Below, one piece after another: positions 39,954 to 49,439 of a DNA stretch of 64,000 bases; positions within the stretch are counted from its first letter, which is position 1, and every line of letters starts with the position of its first letter. This DNA comes from an uncultured delta proteobacterium. Lineage in GTDB: Bacteria; Desulfobacterota; Syntrophobacteria; BM002. The notes beneath the pieces are model-generated. The model saw only the letters and a program-made list of their open reading frames with translations, made no database searches and had not been told where the DNA came from. The DNA lies in assembly GCA_963712115.1 (NCBI GenBank), contig CAVQGX010000031.1, positions 224,001-288,000 of the forward strand, in the 5' to 3' direction. The translations under genes were made by a program, and so were the position numbers.

Positions 39954-40475
39954 TTACCTGTTTTTGGCTAGTTGCGTCTTTCTCTCTTTTATTTCTTTTG
40001 CCAACTTTTTTATCTTCATGTCCAAAATGTCCAATTCAGCCTTAATTTGAATATTTTCAGACTCCACGCTGAGTCCCTGCTTCCTCAAATCGGCTATACG
40101 CTTTATATTCTCTTCCTTGTCGCCCAGATTGGAGTTGTCTACCGCTTCCAGCTTTTTTCTTTCCAGCTCCAATTCCGCCCCTTTGACGAGGGTTTCGGCC
40201 ATTTTCATCTCAAAGTCTGCATAGTTCTTCTCAAGAATGGCCATATCTTTTCGCATCTGGGCAAGTTTCACTTTCTCGGAGGACAAATCCACCTGCGCTT
40301 TTGCCTCTTTGAGGTCGTACTCCGCCTCTCGCACGCCGGCCTGCATTGCCGCTGGAACTTTGGTATATAAGCCCTGTTCTGTCTTTTTTGGTGAACTCTT
40401 GATCATTGGAAATTTGAGGCATCCGGAAAAAAGGGTAACTGCTATTAATAATCCGAGAAAGACGTATTTTTTCAT
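39954..40475 (-). CDS. Coiled-coil lipoprotein, unknown function
   Basis: Lipobox FSGC; continuous K/E/L-rich helical heptads. Confidence 0.8.
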   Translation of the reverse strand: MKKYVFLGLLIAVTLFSGCLKFPMIKSSPKKTEQGLYTKVPAAMQAGVREAEYDLKEAKAQVDLSSEKVKLAQMRKDMAILEKNYADFEMKMAETLVKGAELELERKKLEAVDNSNLGDKEENIKRIADLRKQGLSVESENIQIKAELDILDMKIKKLAKEIKERKTQLAKNR

Positions 40476-40635
40476 GATCTTTTCCTCTTCTTGCAGTTAG
40501 ACAAAATTTATGACAACCTTCATGCTTCTGGGAAGGGTTTGCAGCTCTCCTCTCCCTTTTATTGGGCTTCAATGAGGATCTGCCGTCTGTATGGATCCAT
40601 CAAAGCAGGATCCCAGCATTCAGCTTGAGAGGTTT

Positions 40636-40652
40636 AGCATGATCCATGCCAA
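40636..40652 (-). promoter_or_regulatory. Candidate sigma54 promoter at the head of the envelope cluster
   Basis: Minus strand TTGGCAT-GGATC-ATGCT (GG-N10-GC spacing correct). Confidence 0.55.
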
Positions 40653-41098
40653 ACAATTGGGTGGGAGATTAGACCATCTGTTTGTGGCTGGCTGATGCTG
40701 ACTGAGAAGTGGACTGTGGATTTGCCAGACGAACCCGAAATCCACGGGCGCAAGGTGACTGATATTTGGTTGCCCGGGCTCAGTTCTCAGGCTATCTACG
40801 ATGGGGTGATTGACAAGTAAGGATATTTCATTCATTTCATGAGGGGCTCATCACTTGAGCACCCAGGGAGACTTGATCCATAGTTGAGATACAAGAGTTT
40901 CTAATGTCTAAATCCTTACAGGAAAACATATAGTCGATAGTATCAATCATCATACTTGGTGGGAGCAAGATTCTGCACTATGGAGTATGTGGGGTCAGAT
41001 CTTCATTCGTCAATTGGCTAACTATTATCGGCTCTCTGAGCCGACCTCAACTGAAAACTGAAGAACTGATCCCCTATCAAAGCGCGGTGGGTTTGGCA

Positions 41099-42034
41099 CT
41101 ACTTGACCTGGGCCAACTTGCCCTTGGCGATTTTTGCCTGATTGCTATTCGGATATTCCTTGACGACCTTCTTCAAAAGAATCTTCCCTGCAGTGCTATC
41201 CCCAAGTTCCAAAAAGGCCATGCCCTGCTTGAGTATAGCACTGCTCACCTTATCACTCTTGGGGTATTCCTTAATTGTCTTTTCATAGGAAGCTATGGCT
41301 TCCCCATAACTCTTCTCCGCATAATAGCACTCGCCCAGCCAGAATTGTGCGTTGTCGGCCAGGTCGGACTTTGGATATCCTTCGAGATAGCTCTTGAATT
41401 CATTTCTTGCTGCGTCGTACTGGCCACTGCGAAAAAGCTGAAGGGCATTGTCATAATGTTCTTCAGCACTTGAGGCTGGCTGCTTCTTAGCAGTTTGTCC
41501 GGTGTCAGAAGAGGACTTAGCCTTGGCAGCTTGTTTTTCTGTTTGGCTGCTCGGCTTGGAGCTAACTGCCAGTTCCTGCAGTCCAAGGTAGCCGGCCATC
41601 GTATTCAGAGCTCGCTGGAGATCCTCCACATTTTTGCGAATCTCCAGCATCGACTCCATTTGATTTTGCTGAACCTCACTAATGCGTTCCCCGTTTCGAG
41701 TGTACATTGCAGTGGCTTCTTCCATCTGACCGGTTAACCGCCCCAGTTCTAATTCTATCCGATCCAACTGCGCCCCTACCTCTGCTTGATTCTTGCGAAG
41801 TGGCTGCCGGTCAGCATCAAGGGCTGCCAATTTCTCATCTAATGTTTTTTCCATTTCAGCCATCTGGGCTTTGCTCTTGTCCAGGTCACGGCGGGCAGTC
41901 CAGATTTGCCTCTGGAGCAAGGATACATCTTTCTGGGTGGCGCACCCTCCAAGGAAAAAACACACCAGCAGCAATTTTAGCAATCCAAGACCCAAGAACC
42001 TCTTCCCGATGTCAGTGGATGCAATCCTATTCAT
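41099..42034 (-). CDS. cpoB: Tol-Pal system protein CpoB/YbgF
   Basis: Lipobox LGGC, coiled coil, YPKSDLADNAQFWLGECYY TPRs; downstream of pal. Confidence 0.92.
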   Translation of the reverse strand: MNRIASTDIGKRFLGLGLLKLLLVCFFLGGCATQKDVSLLQRQIWTARRDLDKSKAQMAEMEKTLDEKLAALDADRQPLRKNQAEVGAQLDRIELELGRLTGQMEEATAMYTRNGERISEVQQNQMESMLEIRKNVEDLQRALNTMAGYLGLQELAVSSKPSSQTEKQAAKAKSSSDTGQTAKKQPASSAEEHYDNALQLFRSGQYDAARNEFKSYLEGYPKSDLADNAQFWLGECYYAEKSYGEAIASYEKTIKEYPKSDKVSSAILKQGMAFLELGDSTAGKILLKKVVKEYPNSNQAKIAKGKLAQVK

Positions 42035-42442
42035 CTCCTATCCTCCTCATTGCCGTCAATGCTCTCCTATCTGCTTCGATTAAAATATTTCTAAGTTTAC
42101 TGGCAGCGAGAAGGAGAGAGAACCGCAGTATGAGTTTAGCCATTCTCTGCAGCGCCGGGATGGTGTTAAAAATACGAAACGGCAGATAGTGTGGAATGGA
42201 TTTTTGGAAAGTTCAATCTCTGATCTAAGCAACCTCCGGCAAGGCGGGCAAACATATGCGCTCTGGTGTGCATTGCTGCACACTTCTGCGTATAAAATAG
42301 TATCCCCCAACCTCGATCCCTTGAAAGATCGAAAGCGAGTTCAGACCTATTATCTCTCTGCTCAGGCGATGAACTAAGCCGTCTGGTTCAGCCTGGTGAA
42401 ATCAGCTTATGCTTTGTGCAAGACTTTCAATTTCACCAAATA

Positions 42443-42486
42443 GGGGTCAGCGTTGGCCTCATATCCTTCGAGCCGAAGCTGACCCC
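42443..42486 (-). terminator. Hairpin downstream of pal
   Basis: GGGGTCAGC...GCTGACCCC stem. Confidence 0.5.
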
Positions 42487-42534
42487 ATGGCTGTCTTATC
42501 CTGGCAAATTGAGAAAATAGATCCAGGAAGGTAT

Positions 42535-43122
42535 TTATCGAACCTGGAACTGCGCCCGTCGGTTCTTCCACCAACAGGACTCTGCATGGTCCATGCATAG
42601 GGGTTGCTCTTCACCATAGGAAATAGTGGTGATTCGACTCTCCGCCACCCCCGACTTGACTAAATAAGTCTTCGCACTATTGGCGCGTCGGTCACCCAAA
42701 GCAAGGTTATACTCGTTGGTTCCTCGCTCGTCGCAGTGTCCCTCAACCAGGACACGCACTTCGGGATGCTCGCGCAGGTATGCCGCTTTCTCATCCAGAA
42801 TCATCATGGCCTTTGGGGTGAGAACGTATTTATCAAAGTCAAAGTGGATGTTTTCTTCCACAAAAGCACGCATCCTGGCATCTTCAGCCATCATGGCCGC
42901 CTCTTGGCGCTGTCTGTCTGCCTCGCTCATCTTGGCCATTTCTGCCGCCCTGCGAGCTGCTTCAGCCTCAGCGGCCTGCTGTGCTGCTGCGTCCTCTACA
43001 ACCCTCTCCTCTTCCATGGGTTCGGCTTCCATTGTCACCTTTTTCTTGGCGCATGAAACACCCAGCACCAAGAGCATCGCCAACATTAATGCTCCCAAAA
43101 TCCACGCTCTGCTCTTTCGCAT
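42535..43122 (-). CDS. pal: Peptidoglycan-associated lipoprotein
   Basis: Lipobox VSC; IHFDFDK, EGHCDERGTNEYNLALGDRRA, NRRA. Confidence 0.96.
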   Translation of the reverse strand: MRKSRAWILGALMLAMLLVLGVSCAKKKVTMEAEPMEEERVVEDAAAQQAAEAEAARRAAEMAKMSEADRQRQEAAMMAEDARMRAFVEENIHFDFDKYVLTPKAMMILDEKAAYLREHPEVRVLVEGHCDERGTNEYNLALGDRRANSAKTYLVKSGVAESRITTISYGEEQPLCMDHAESCWWKNRRAQFQVR

Positions 43123-43209
43123 GCCTCCCTAACCTCCTCTCCTTGTCAACGGTTTTTAATGCCCAATGCAAAAACCTAACCAAATTCAACCTAATGAGCG
43201 GCTGGACTA

Positions 43210-43389
43210 GTCCGGATATTTGATGAATCACCTGCTGCGACCACGGATATGGCCGTCCTTCCTGGCGTCCTCAGGTGTCGGCCCCTGCGACGTACCGTTC
43301 AGGTACGCCTCGGGCCCAACACCCTGTGGTTGCCCGGTGGCCCGCCCATCTTCGTGGTCTCGCGACAGCAATTCATTAAATATCCGGAC
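43210..43389. mobile_element. ~180-bp MITE-like element, copy A
   Basis: TIR GTCCGGATATTTGATGAAT / ATTCATTAAATATCCGGAC; homologous to 49214-49391 in reverse orientation. Confidence 0.75.
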
Positions 43390-43441
43390 AAATCTAAAAA
43401 GATTTCAGCCAGCCTTTTTTCCGTTGGGTCCCTTTATACTA

Positions 43442-44791
43442 CTAAGGAGCCGTTCTCGTCAATCGCGGAGACCAGTCCGGCTCTGTGTGGGAGCCACCGA
43501 GACCAAGACGCAACCTCCTCTGGTCCCTACCATTTGCCTGCATAACCCAGAGGGTTTTGGTGCCGTGGCGGTCTGACTGGAAAAGGATCAACCTTCCATC
43601 AGGAGACCAGCATGGATCTTCGTTGTTGCCCTCACCCCCGGTCAGCTGACTCAGTTCTCTACCATCCGGACTTATCATAAAAATATCAAAATTTCCATCA
43701 TGTAGGCCAGCATATAGTATCCGATCCCCCCTGGGGGACCAAGCCGGTGAAGTGTTGTAGTCCCCCTCAAAGGTCAGCCTGGTAGTGGTCTCCTTGTCGA
43801 CATCCAACAAATAAATCTGGGGTTTGCCGGCTCGATTGGAGACAAAGGCGAGCTTGCTGCCATCTGGGGACCAAGACGATGAGACATCAATGGCCCAACT
43901 GAGGGTCAGTTGCTTCAGTATTTGACCCCGTACATCCAAAAGGTAGAGTTCAGGATTTCCAGTAAAGCTCAAGGTGGCGGCCAGCTTGCCTCCATTGGGG
44001 TGGTGAGCAGGGGCGATATTCAAACCTGGTCGCATGCTGATGCGCTCTGTGGCCTTACTAATCAGATCAACTGTGTAAAGATCCGGATTTCCACGCTTAT
44101 AACCCACAAAGGATATTTGCTTTCCGTCCGCTGACCAGTTAGGCGAGAGATTCATACTGCTGCTATTGGTCAGCTGGCGAATATTTGAACCATCAAAATC
44201 AGCCAGGTAGATTTCTTTCTGTCCCGTTGCATCACCAACAAAGGCCAGCTGCGTATGGAATATCCCGAGCTCGCCAGTGAGCTCCAGCATCAACTCGTCT
44301 GCAAATCTAAGAATAGTATCCCTGGCAGACGCTATTGAATTTTCATAAGTCCTACTGAGCAAGAGCTTCTGGTTAATCACGTCAAAAAGATTAATTATCA
44401 GCGCAAACCGCTCCCCCTGAATTCGGTAACTCCCTCGCACCAAAAGATCTGCACCAAGAAATCTCCATTCGGAGAACTTAATTTCCTCTTTTTCGATTCC
44501 CATTTTGTCAGGATCCTGAAGAAATACTGCTGGATCTAAGAGCTGAAACAAGCCGCTGAAAGACAAAGCATTGCTCAATATATCCGCCATATTCTTTGCC
44601 AAGGGCTGGTTTGCAACATCACCTGCCTCATAGCGAAAAGCTGGTACGGCTATGGGAATCTTTTCTTGCAGGGGTGAGTTGATATCGATGTAAATCCGGC
44701 CTCCAGCGGGTCTGACCTGGAAGATGGTGAGAAAAAGGATCAATAAACCAAGAAGACTTATAGGTCGGTTGCGAAAATAGCGAAAATTCAT
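43442..44791 (-). CDS. tolB: Tol-Pal beta-propeller protein TolB
   Basis: IYIDI...IPIAVP N-domain plus PD40 repeats; between tolA and pal. Confidence 0.93.
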   Translation of the reverse strand: MNFRYFRNRPISLLGLLILFLTIFQVRPAGGRIYIDINSPLQEKIPIAVPAFRYEAGDVANQPLAKNMADILSNALSFSGLFQLLDPAVFLQDPDKMGIEKEEIKFSEWRFLGADLLVRGSYRIQGERFALIINLFDVINQKLLLSRTYENSIASARDTILRFADELMLELTGELGIFHTQLAFVGDATGQKEIYLADFDGSNIRQLTNSSSMNLSPNWSADGKQISFVGYKRGNPDLYTVDLISKATERISMRPGLNIAPAHHPNGGKLAATLSFTGNPELYLLDVRGQILKQLTLSWAIDVSSSWSPDGSKLAFVSNRAGKPQIYLLDVDKETTTRLTFEGDYNTSPAWSPRGDRILYAGLHDGNFDIFMISPDGRELSQLTGGEGNNEDPCWSPDGRLILFQSDRHGTKTLWVMQANGRDQRRLRLGLGGSHTEPDWSPRLTRTAP

Positions 44792-44795
44792 GGTC

Positions 44796-45599
44796 TTAGG
44801 AGCTCACTTTTTCAGGTGCAAACCGGATGACGATCTCTTCTTCCTTGGGGCTGTAGATGTCAGGGAAAGGCGGAAATGGCTTAGATTTGAGAACGGCCTT
44901 CAGCACCGAGTCATCGAAGTAAGAATCCCCAGACTTCTGTTCAAATTGAATATCGAATACGGTGCCATCTCTGCGAACTCGAACAACCACCACTGCCTCG
45001 AGCTTGCCTTGTCCCCGACTCAACCGCTCGGGAAGCGCCCAATTGCTTTCAATTTTCTCGTTTACCAGGGCCCGGTAGAGCATTAAGGCCTGACTGAGTT
45101 CACCCCCTTTCATCTCACCAACCTTCACTAGAGAGACTGTCTTTTTACTCGCTCCAGGCTGTCGTTCCGGCTCTTCGTTTATTGCCGACACCTCTGCTTG
45201 AGCTGGGGGTGGGCGGCGCTCAATTTTGCTCAAAACCTCTTCAGCCAGCTTTACTTCTTCCGGTTCGCTCACAACCGCTGAAGTACGCTGTTTCTTTTTC
45301 AAGGACAAAGATTCTTCTCTAGGGCTGAAACGTTTGATAGGGATGGCTTGGTTGCGAGCAACTGCTCTTGTCTTGCGGCCAAAAGCTGGATATTTTTTTG
45401 TTTTGGCCTCAGGTAGACTCACCAGTTCCACCGAATAGACGGGTGCTAGAGGAAATTTGCTTCTGGAAAAACCCCACTCGCTCAAGGCAACCAACACCAC
45501 TCCGCCATGCAGGACTAACGAACAAGCCAGCATTACAAACATAAGTTTTTTATCGGAATAAGTCCGCAATCTGGTGCGGTAAACCGCATCTGCAATCAT
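44796..45599 (-). CDS. tolA: TolA / TonB C-terminal domain protein
   Basis: SLVLHG TM motif; KIESNW, SGDSYFDDSVLKAV...PFPP; synteny; start uncertain. Confidence 0.8.
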   Translation of the reverse strand: MIADAVYRTRLRTYSDKKLMFVMLACSLVLHGGVVLVALSEWGFSRSKFPLAPVYSVELVSLPEAKTKKYPAFGRKTRAVARNQAIPIKRFSPREESLSLKKKQRTSAVVSEPEEVKLAEEVLSKIERRPPPAQAEVSAINEEPERQPGASKKTVSLVKVGEMKGGELSQALMLYRALVNEKIESNWALPERLSRGQGKLEAVVVVRVRRDGTVFDIQFEQKSGDSYFDDSVLKAVLKSKPFPPFPDIYSPKEEEIVIRFAPEKVSS

Positions 45600-45682
45600 G
45601 ATTGACTCTTGGAAAGTCAAGAATTAGACGGCAGAGTAAATCCGCCTGCGGCGGACAGATGGACTTTTTACTAATCCGTCAA

Positions 45683-46096
45683 TCACTTCATCTCTACCAA
45701 CGGTTCAGTGACCATCCCTATGCTTTTCATGCCGCTCTGCCGCAACGCCGCCATCACTTCCATGACGAATCCATAGGGTAGGGCCTCGTCAGCACGGAGG
45801 AACACAGCCCTATCTGGACGGTTCTGATAGATTGTTTCTAGTTTTCTCTGCAATGTGTCCAGGGAGATCTTGTATTCGTTCAAGTATATTTCTCGCTTTC
45901 CTGTAATAGAGATCACTAACCGCTCTTCTTCAGCGGCGATTGGCTGAGTCGTAGTATGTGGCAGATTAACATCTACACCTTGCATCATCATGGGCGCAGT
46001 CACCATGAAGATGATGAGAAGCACCAACATTACATCAACAAAGGGTGTAACGTTTATTTCAGACATCAACCTGCGGCTGCCACGGTTTAGTTCCAT
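45683..46096 (-). CDS. tolR: TolR
   Basis: SEINVTPFVDVMLVLLIIFMVTAP, LRADEALPYG. Confidence 0.95.
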   Translation of the reverse strand: MELNRGSRRLMSEINVTPFVDVMLVLLIIFMVTAPMMMQGVDVNLPHTTTQPIAAEEERLVISITGKREIYLNEYKISLDTLQRKLETIYQNRPDRAVFLRADEALPYGFVMEVMAALRQSGMKSIGMVTEPLVEMK

Positions 46097-46113
46097 TAGA
46101 CATCCTTGGATTA

Positions 46114-46188
46114 AAGTCACCACACTTCGCGCAGGTGCGCTTCGTTGTTACTCATAGTCATTTGGCCACTAAAAGTGGCCTAATGACC
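46114..46188. repeat. GTCA/TGAC modular array, short copy
   Basis: Retains ACACTTCGCGC..GCGCTTCGTT and GTCATTTGGCCAC..GTGGCC modules. Confidence 0.65.
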
Positions 46189-46194
46189 CTCAAC

Positions 46195-47007
46195 TCAATC
46201 GTCAATCTCCACGCTGTCTGCTGCCGGCTGCTCGCTGTGCCCCATTCGGCCGGCCCGTCTTACCATATCTCTCTTGACGATATTTAGAAAATCATTGGAG
46301 AAATTGACCATTTCCGTCTCTTGGTTGCGCACCTTGTTGGTAAAATGGTTATAGGCCACTACGGCAGGAATGGCTGCAGCCAGACCGGCAGCAGTAGCTA
46401 TGAGCGCCTCGGAAATACCAGGGGCCACAACAGCCAAAGTTGCCGATCCTTTTAGGCCAATGCCTTGAAAGGCAACCATTATACCCCACACCGTACCAAA
46501 AAGGCCGATAAATGGGGCAGCATTTCCCGTAGTGGCCAACAATGACAGGGCTTTCTCCAGTCTTTGCAGTTCACCATTTACAGCACTGCGCAGAGCGCGC
46601 TCCATATTGTCGATCCATACCATCTGCAGCTCGAGATCACCGGGATTATCACTTTTTTCACGATCACTTGATTTGCTCAGCCGGCCGAGCTCCATGTAGC
46701 CCACCCGGAAGATCTCGGCTAGGGGGCTGTCCACCATTTTCTTTGCTTCGCGAAATACCGCAACCAGACTCTTGCTGTTCCAAAATAGATTGAGAAAGCG
46801 AGAGCTCTCTTTGGAAACTCTCCTGAATAGTCGATGTTTTAGGAAAATAGTGGCCCAACAAGCGATTGAAAGTAGAACCAGTATTATCAGCACCAGTTTT
46901 ACTACCGTTCCGGCACCGAATACCATATGAATGATGCTACTACCGGGATTGCCGCCAGCAGGAGCGGCCCATGCTGTTGATACTGCCGCAAGCATCAACG
47001 ATTTCAT
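46195..47007 (-). CDS. tolQ: TolQ
   Basis: LATTGNAAPFIGLFGTVWGIM, VAPGISEALIATAAGL. Confidence 0.95.
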   Translation of the reverse strand: MKSLMLAAVSTAWAAPAGGNPGSSIIHMVFGAGTVVKLVLIILVLLSIACWATIFLKHRLFRRVSKESSRFLNLFWNSKSLVAVFREAKKMVDSPLAEIFRVGYMELGRLSKSSDREKSDNPGDLELQMVWIDNMERALRSAVNGELQRLEKALSLLATTGNAAPFIGLFGTVWGIMVAFQGIGLKGSATLAVVAPGISEALIATAAGLAAAIPAVVAYNHFTNKVRNQETEMVNFSNDFLNIVKRDMVRRAGRMGHSEQPAADSVEIDD

Positions 47008-47175
47008 CTTTTGTAGTCCTCCCCCCTTTTTACATTAAGACACGGATGATCTATAAGGGTTCCCGTTACATCAGCCCACGACTGCTACAGGTAAGTTCCT
47101 TTGGAGATTCTTCCATCAATAGACACTAAGCACTTATTTCAACTAGGCACTAGGAACTATGCACTAGGCACCTGT

Positions 47176-47314
47176 AAGTCATTACACTTCGCGCTTGCGC
47201 GCTTCGTTGTCACTTGGGCTGGCGCCCGTCATTTATGGTCACTCATTGTTTAAAGACAATAAATGACAGCGAAGCATAGTGACGGCGAAGCCGAATGACG
47301 CGAAGCAAATGACC
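47176..47314. repeat. GTCA/TGAC modular array, copy 3
   Basis: Shares its first two modules with 24820; preceded by tandem GCACTAG heptamers. Confidence 0.8.
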
Positions 47315-47485
47315 TCACTACCTTCTGCCCTTTGTACTTTCCTCTCTATGTCCGGCCTGGTCTCCATGGTTCAGAGTCTTTACCTTGAGAATACCTGATT
47401 TGTCCCCGCCAATCCTTCGCTTGAATCACACCTCACATCCTGCTAAAATCCCCTTTGATTTCAAAGGCTTCAAATTTTCTTGCGC

Positions 47486-47514
47486 AAGCTAACATCGCCT
47501 CGAGACAGTGTCAA
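47486..47514 (-). promoter_or_regulatory. Sigma70-type promoter of the tol-pal operon
   Basis: Minus strand TTGACA-17 nt-TAGCTT with TG extended -10. Confidence 0.55.
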
Positions 47515-47561
47515 GCAAATTTGACCTTAGCTTTTCATTATACACTGGCTTAAGAAAACTA

Positions 47562-47849
47562 AACCACAATGTCCACAAAGGGAATAGCGCAGAGCGCATA
47601 AAGAGGAGTTAGAAGTCAGGAGTCAGAATCCAGGAGGCAAAGAGCATGGGGCATGGAGCTTCACAGTTGGAGGTAAGAGGACCTCTCAGCAGGCTTCGCT
47701 CAAGGTTTGATGCAAAGAGATCTTCAGCAATTCTCTGCCTCAAACCTACAACCTCAATCCTCTAACTGCATTTCAATGCCTTGTGCCTTGCGCCCTATGC
47801 CTCGTGCCATTAATTCTATGCGCTCTGCGTTTAGTGTTTCCTCTGTGGT
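47562..47849. repeat. Nested inverted short-period repeat arms
   Basis: Four concentric imperfect arm pairs (see findings). Confidence 0.7.
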
Positions 47850-47897
47850 AAAATCTTCCTACTGTAAACAGGAGTTTTTTAGGATTCGAGGTTACTA

Positions 47898-48629
47898 ATG
47901 AAAGGTTGGTCGAAGGCAGTGGGTGCCGGCCTGGGATATGTAGTTGGGGGCCCTATCGGCGCGGTGCTCGGCTATATGGCAGGCCACAAGTTGGCCCCCA
48001 AACTTAAGGCTCAAGAGGGTCATCTACTTATAGCTAACCTCCTGGGGTTTACCACTCTCTTGTTAAAAGAAAGCCTCACTCCGCCTTCCGAGGAGCGGAG
48101 AGAAACCGTGCTTTTTTTATCTAGACTTTTCAGATTTGATAGGGAAGACGAACAGCTGGCGGATGAACTTCTTCAGAGACTGTTAGAAGTGGAACTGGAT
48201 ATTCTTGCCATGGCAAAAACTTTTAAGGGCCACTCCGATACCCAGATGCGCGAGCGTCTCATGGAAATCCTGGCAACCCTCTCTTTACTCATTAACGGTC
48301 CCCTAGAAATAGGGCAACTTGCGCTTTTAGACGAAATTGCCGAGGCCTTGAACCTGACCCCGGCTCATTGGCAGACTATAAAATCCCGCTATCGGGGCCC
48401 ATCACCCCAACTAGATACACCCTTTTGTTATGCTATACTCGAGCTTTTCCCCGAATCCTCGGAAGAGGAAATCAGAGCCGCCTATCGCCGACTGGCAAAA
48501 AAGTACCATCCCGATCGCTTTGCCTTTAAGGAGCAAGCCACACAGCGGCGACATGCCGAGAGGATGACCCTCATCAATGCGGCCTATGAGACCATCCGGG
48601 CAGATAGGGGCCTCAGGCATAGGGCATAG
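47898..48629 (+). CDS. DjlA-like co-chaperone (TerB-like + J domain)
   Basis: GAGLGYVVGGPIGAVLG N-terminus; AYRRLAKKYHPD J-domain. Confidence 0.88.
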   Translation: MKGWSKAVGAGLGYVVGGPIGAVLGYMAGHKLAPKLKAQEGHLLIANLLGFTTLLLKESLTPPSEERRETVLFLSRLFRFDREDEQLADELLQRLLEVELDILAMAKTFKGHSDTQMRERLMEILATLSLLINGPLEIGQLALLDEIAEALNLTPAHWQTIKSRYRGPSPQLDTPFCYAILELFPESSEEEIRAAYRRLAKKYHPDRFAFKEQATQRRHAERMTLINAAYETIRADRGLRHRA

Positions 48630-48899
48630 CGTAAAGCGCACCGCGCTTCGCGTTGCGAGACGGGATGTCGAGCTAAAAAATATTTAATCTTTCCCGTCTC
48701 GCTCGTCTCGCCCGACCTCATGTCTCGCTTTACTTCAGGCCCCATGCCCTGTCACAAATCACTGGTCCTTTTGTAAGAGCCGGGTTATAATAGCTTGTTA
48801 ATTTTATCTCAAACTAAATGTTTGCGCTTGTCCGTTGGACGAGCGCTTTATGTTACCAAATAGTTGCAAATTTACTTCATGAATTACAGCTGAGGAGAG

Positions 48900-49181
48900 A
48901 TGAAGATGAGCGACACTTCCAAGGATACGGACTCTGCGGCACTCGGTGCCTTTTACGCTTACCTCGAAGATGGCCAACTGGTCATGGAGCCCTACTGTTC
49001 ATGTGGTAATCTACTTGACGAGTATTACAATTGCGAGAAGTGCAAGAGATACTGTCGTTGCACCGACATTTTGTGCGAGGATCAGGCCACTTTGAATCTG
49101 GTGGAGAAGTACATCCGCACCAGTCCCAGACTCCGCAATTTCAATGCCATGCTCGGCAAGAGAAAATCCACTGAAGATTAA
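48900..49181 (+). CDS. Small Cys-rich hypothetical protein
   Basis: GAGGAG RBS; CSC-x9-CEKC-x3-CRC-x4-C. Confidence 0.7.
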   Translation: MKMSDTSKDTDSAALGAFYAYLEDGQLVMEPYCSCGNLLDEYYNCEKCKRYCRCTDILCEDQATLNLVEKYIRTSPRLRNFNAMLGKRKSTED

Positions 49182-49213
49182 GCGGTCACCCCAGCGGTGG
49201 CTCAAGCCTTTAG

Positions 49214-49391
49214 CCCGGATGTTTCATGAATTGCTGTCACGAGACCACGAAGATGGGCGTGCCACCGGGCAACCGCAGGGTGGGGGTCCCGAGACCTACC
49301 TGAATGGTACGTCGCAGGGACCGACACCCGAGGACGCACGGAAGGACGGCCATATCCGTGGTCGTAGTAAGCGATTCATGAAACATCCGGG
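49214..49391. mobile_element. ~180-bp MITE-like element, copy B
   Basis: Perfect TIR CCCGGATGTTTCATGAAT / ATTCATGAAACATCCGGG. Confidence 0.75.
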
Positions 49392-49439
49392 TTCGACTAT
49401 CTGAATTAAAAAACCAGACAGGAAAAAAGAGACTTGCTT

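Noticed and set aside
40980-41080. att site or integrase boundary for the envelope cluster
   Set aside because: Only a weak GGGGTCAG...CTGATCCCC inverted pair; no tRNA, integrase or matching direct repeat at the comEC end, so island status is unsupported
43220-43576. Similar short ORFs here and at 49296-49484 (LLRPRIWPSF..SSGVGPCDVPFR)
   Set aside because: The similarity is explained by the shared MITE, not by a protein family
44796-47007. TonB-ExbBD system
   Set aside because: Synteny with tolB-pal-cpoB indicates TolQRA
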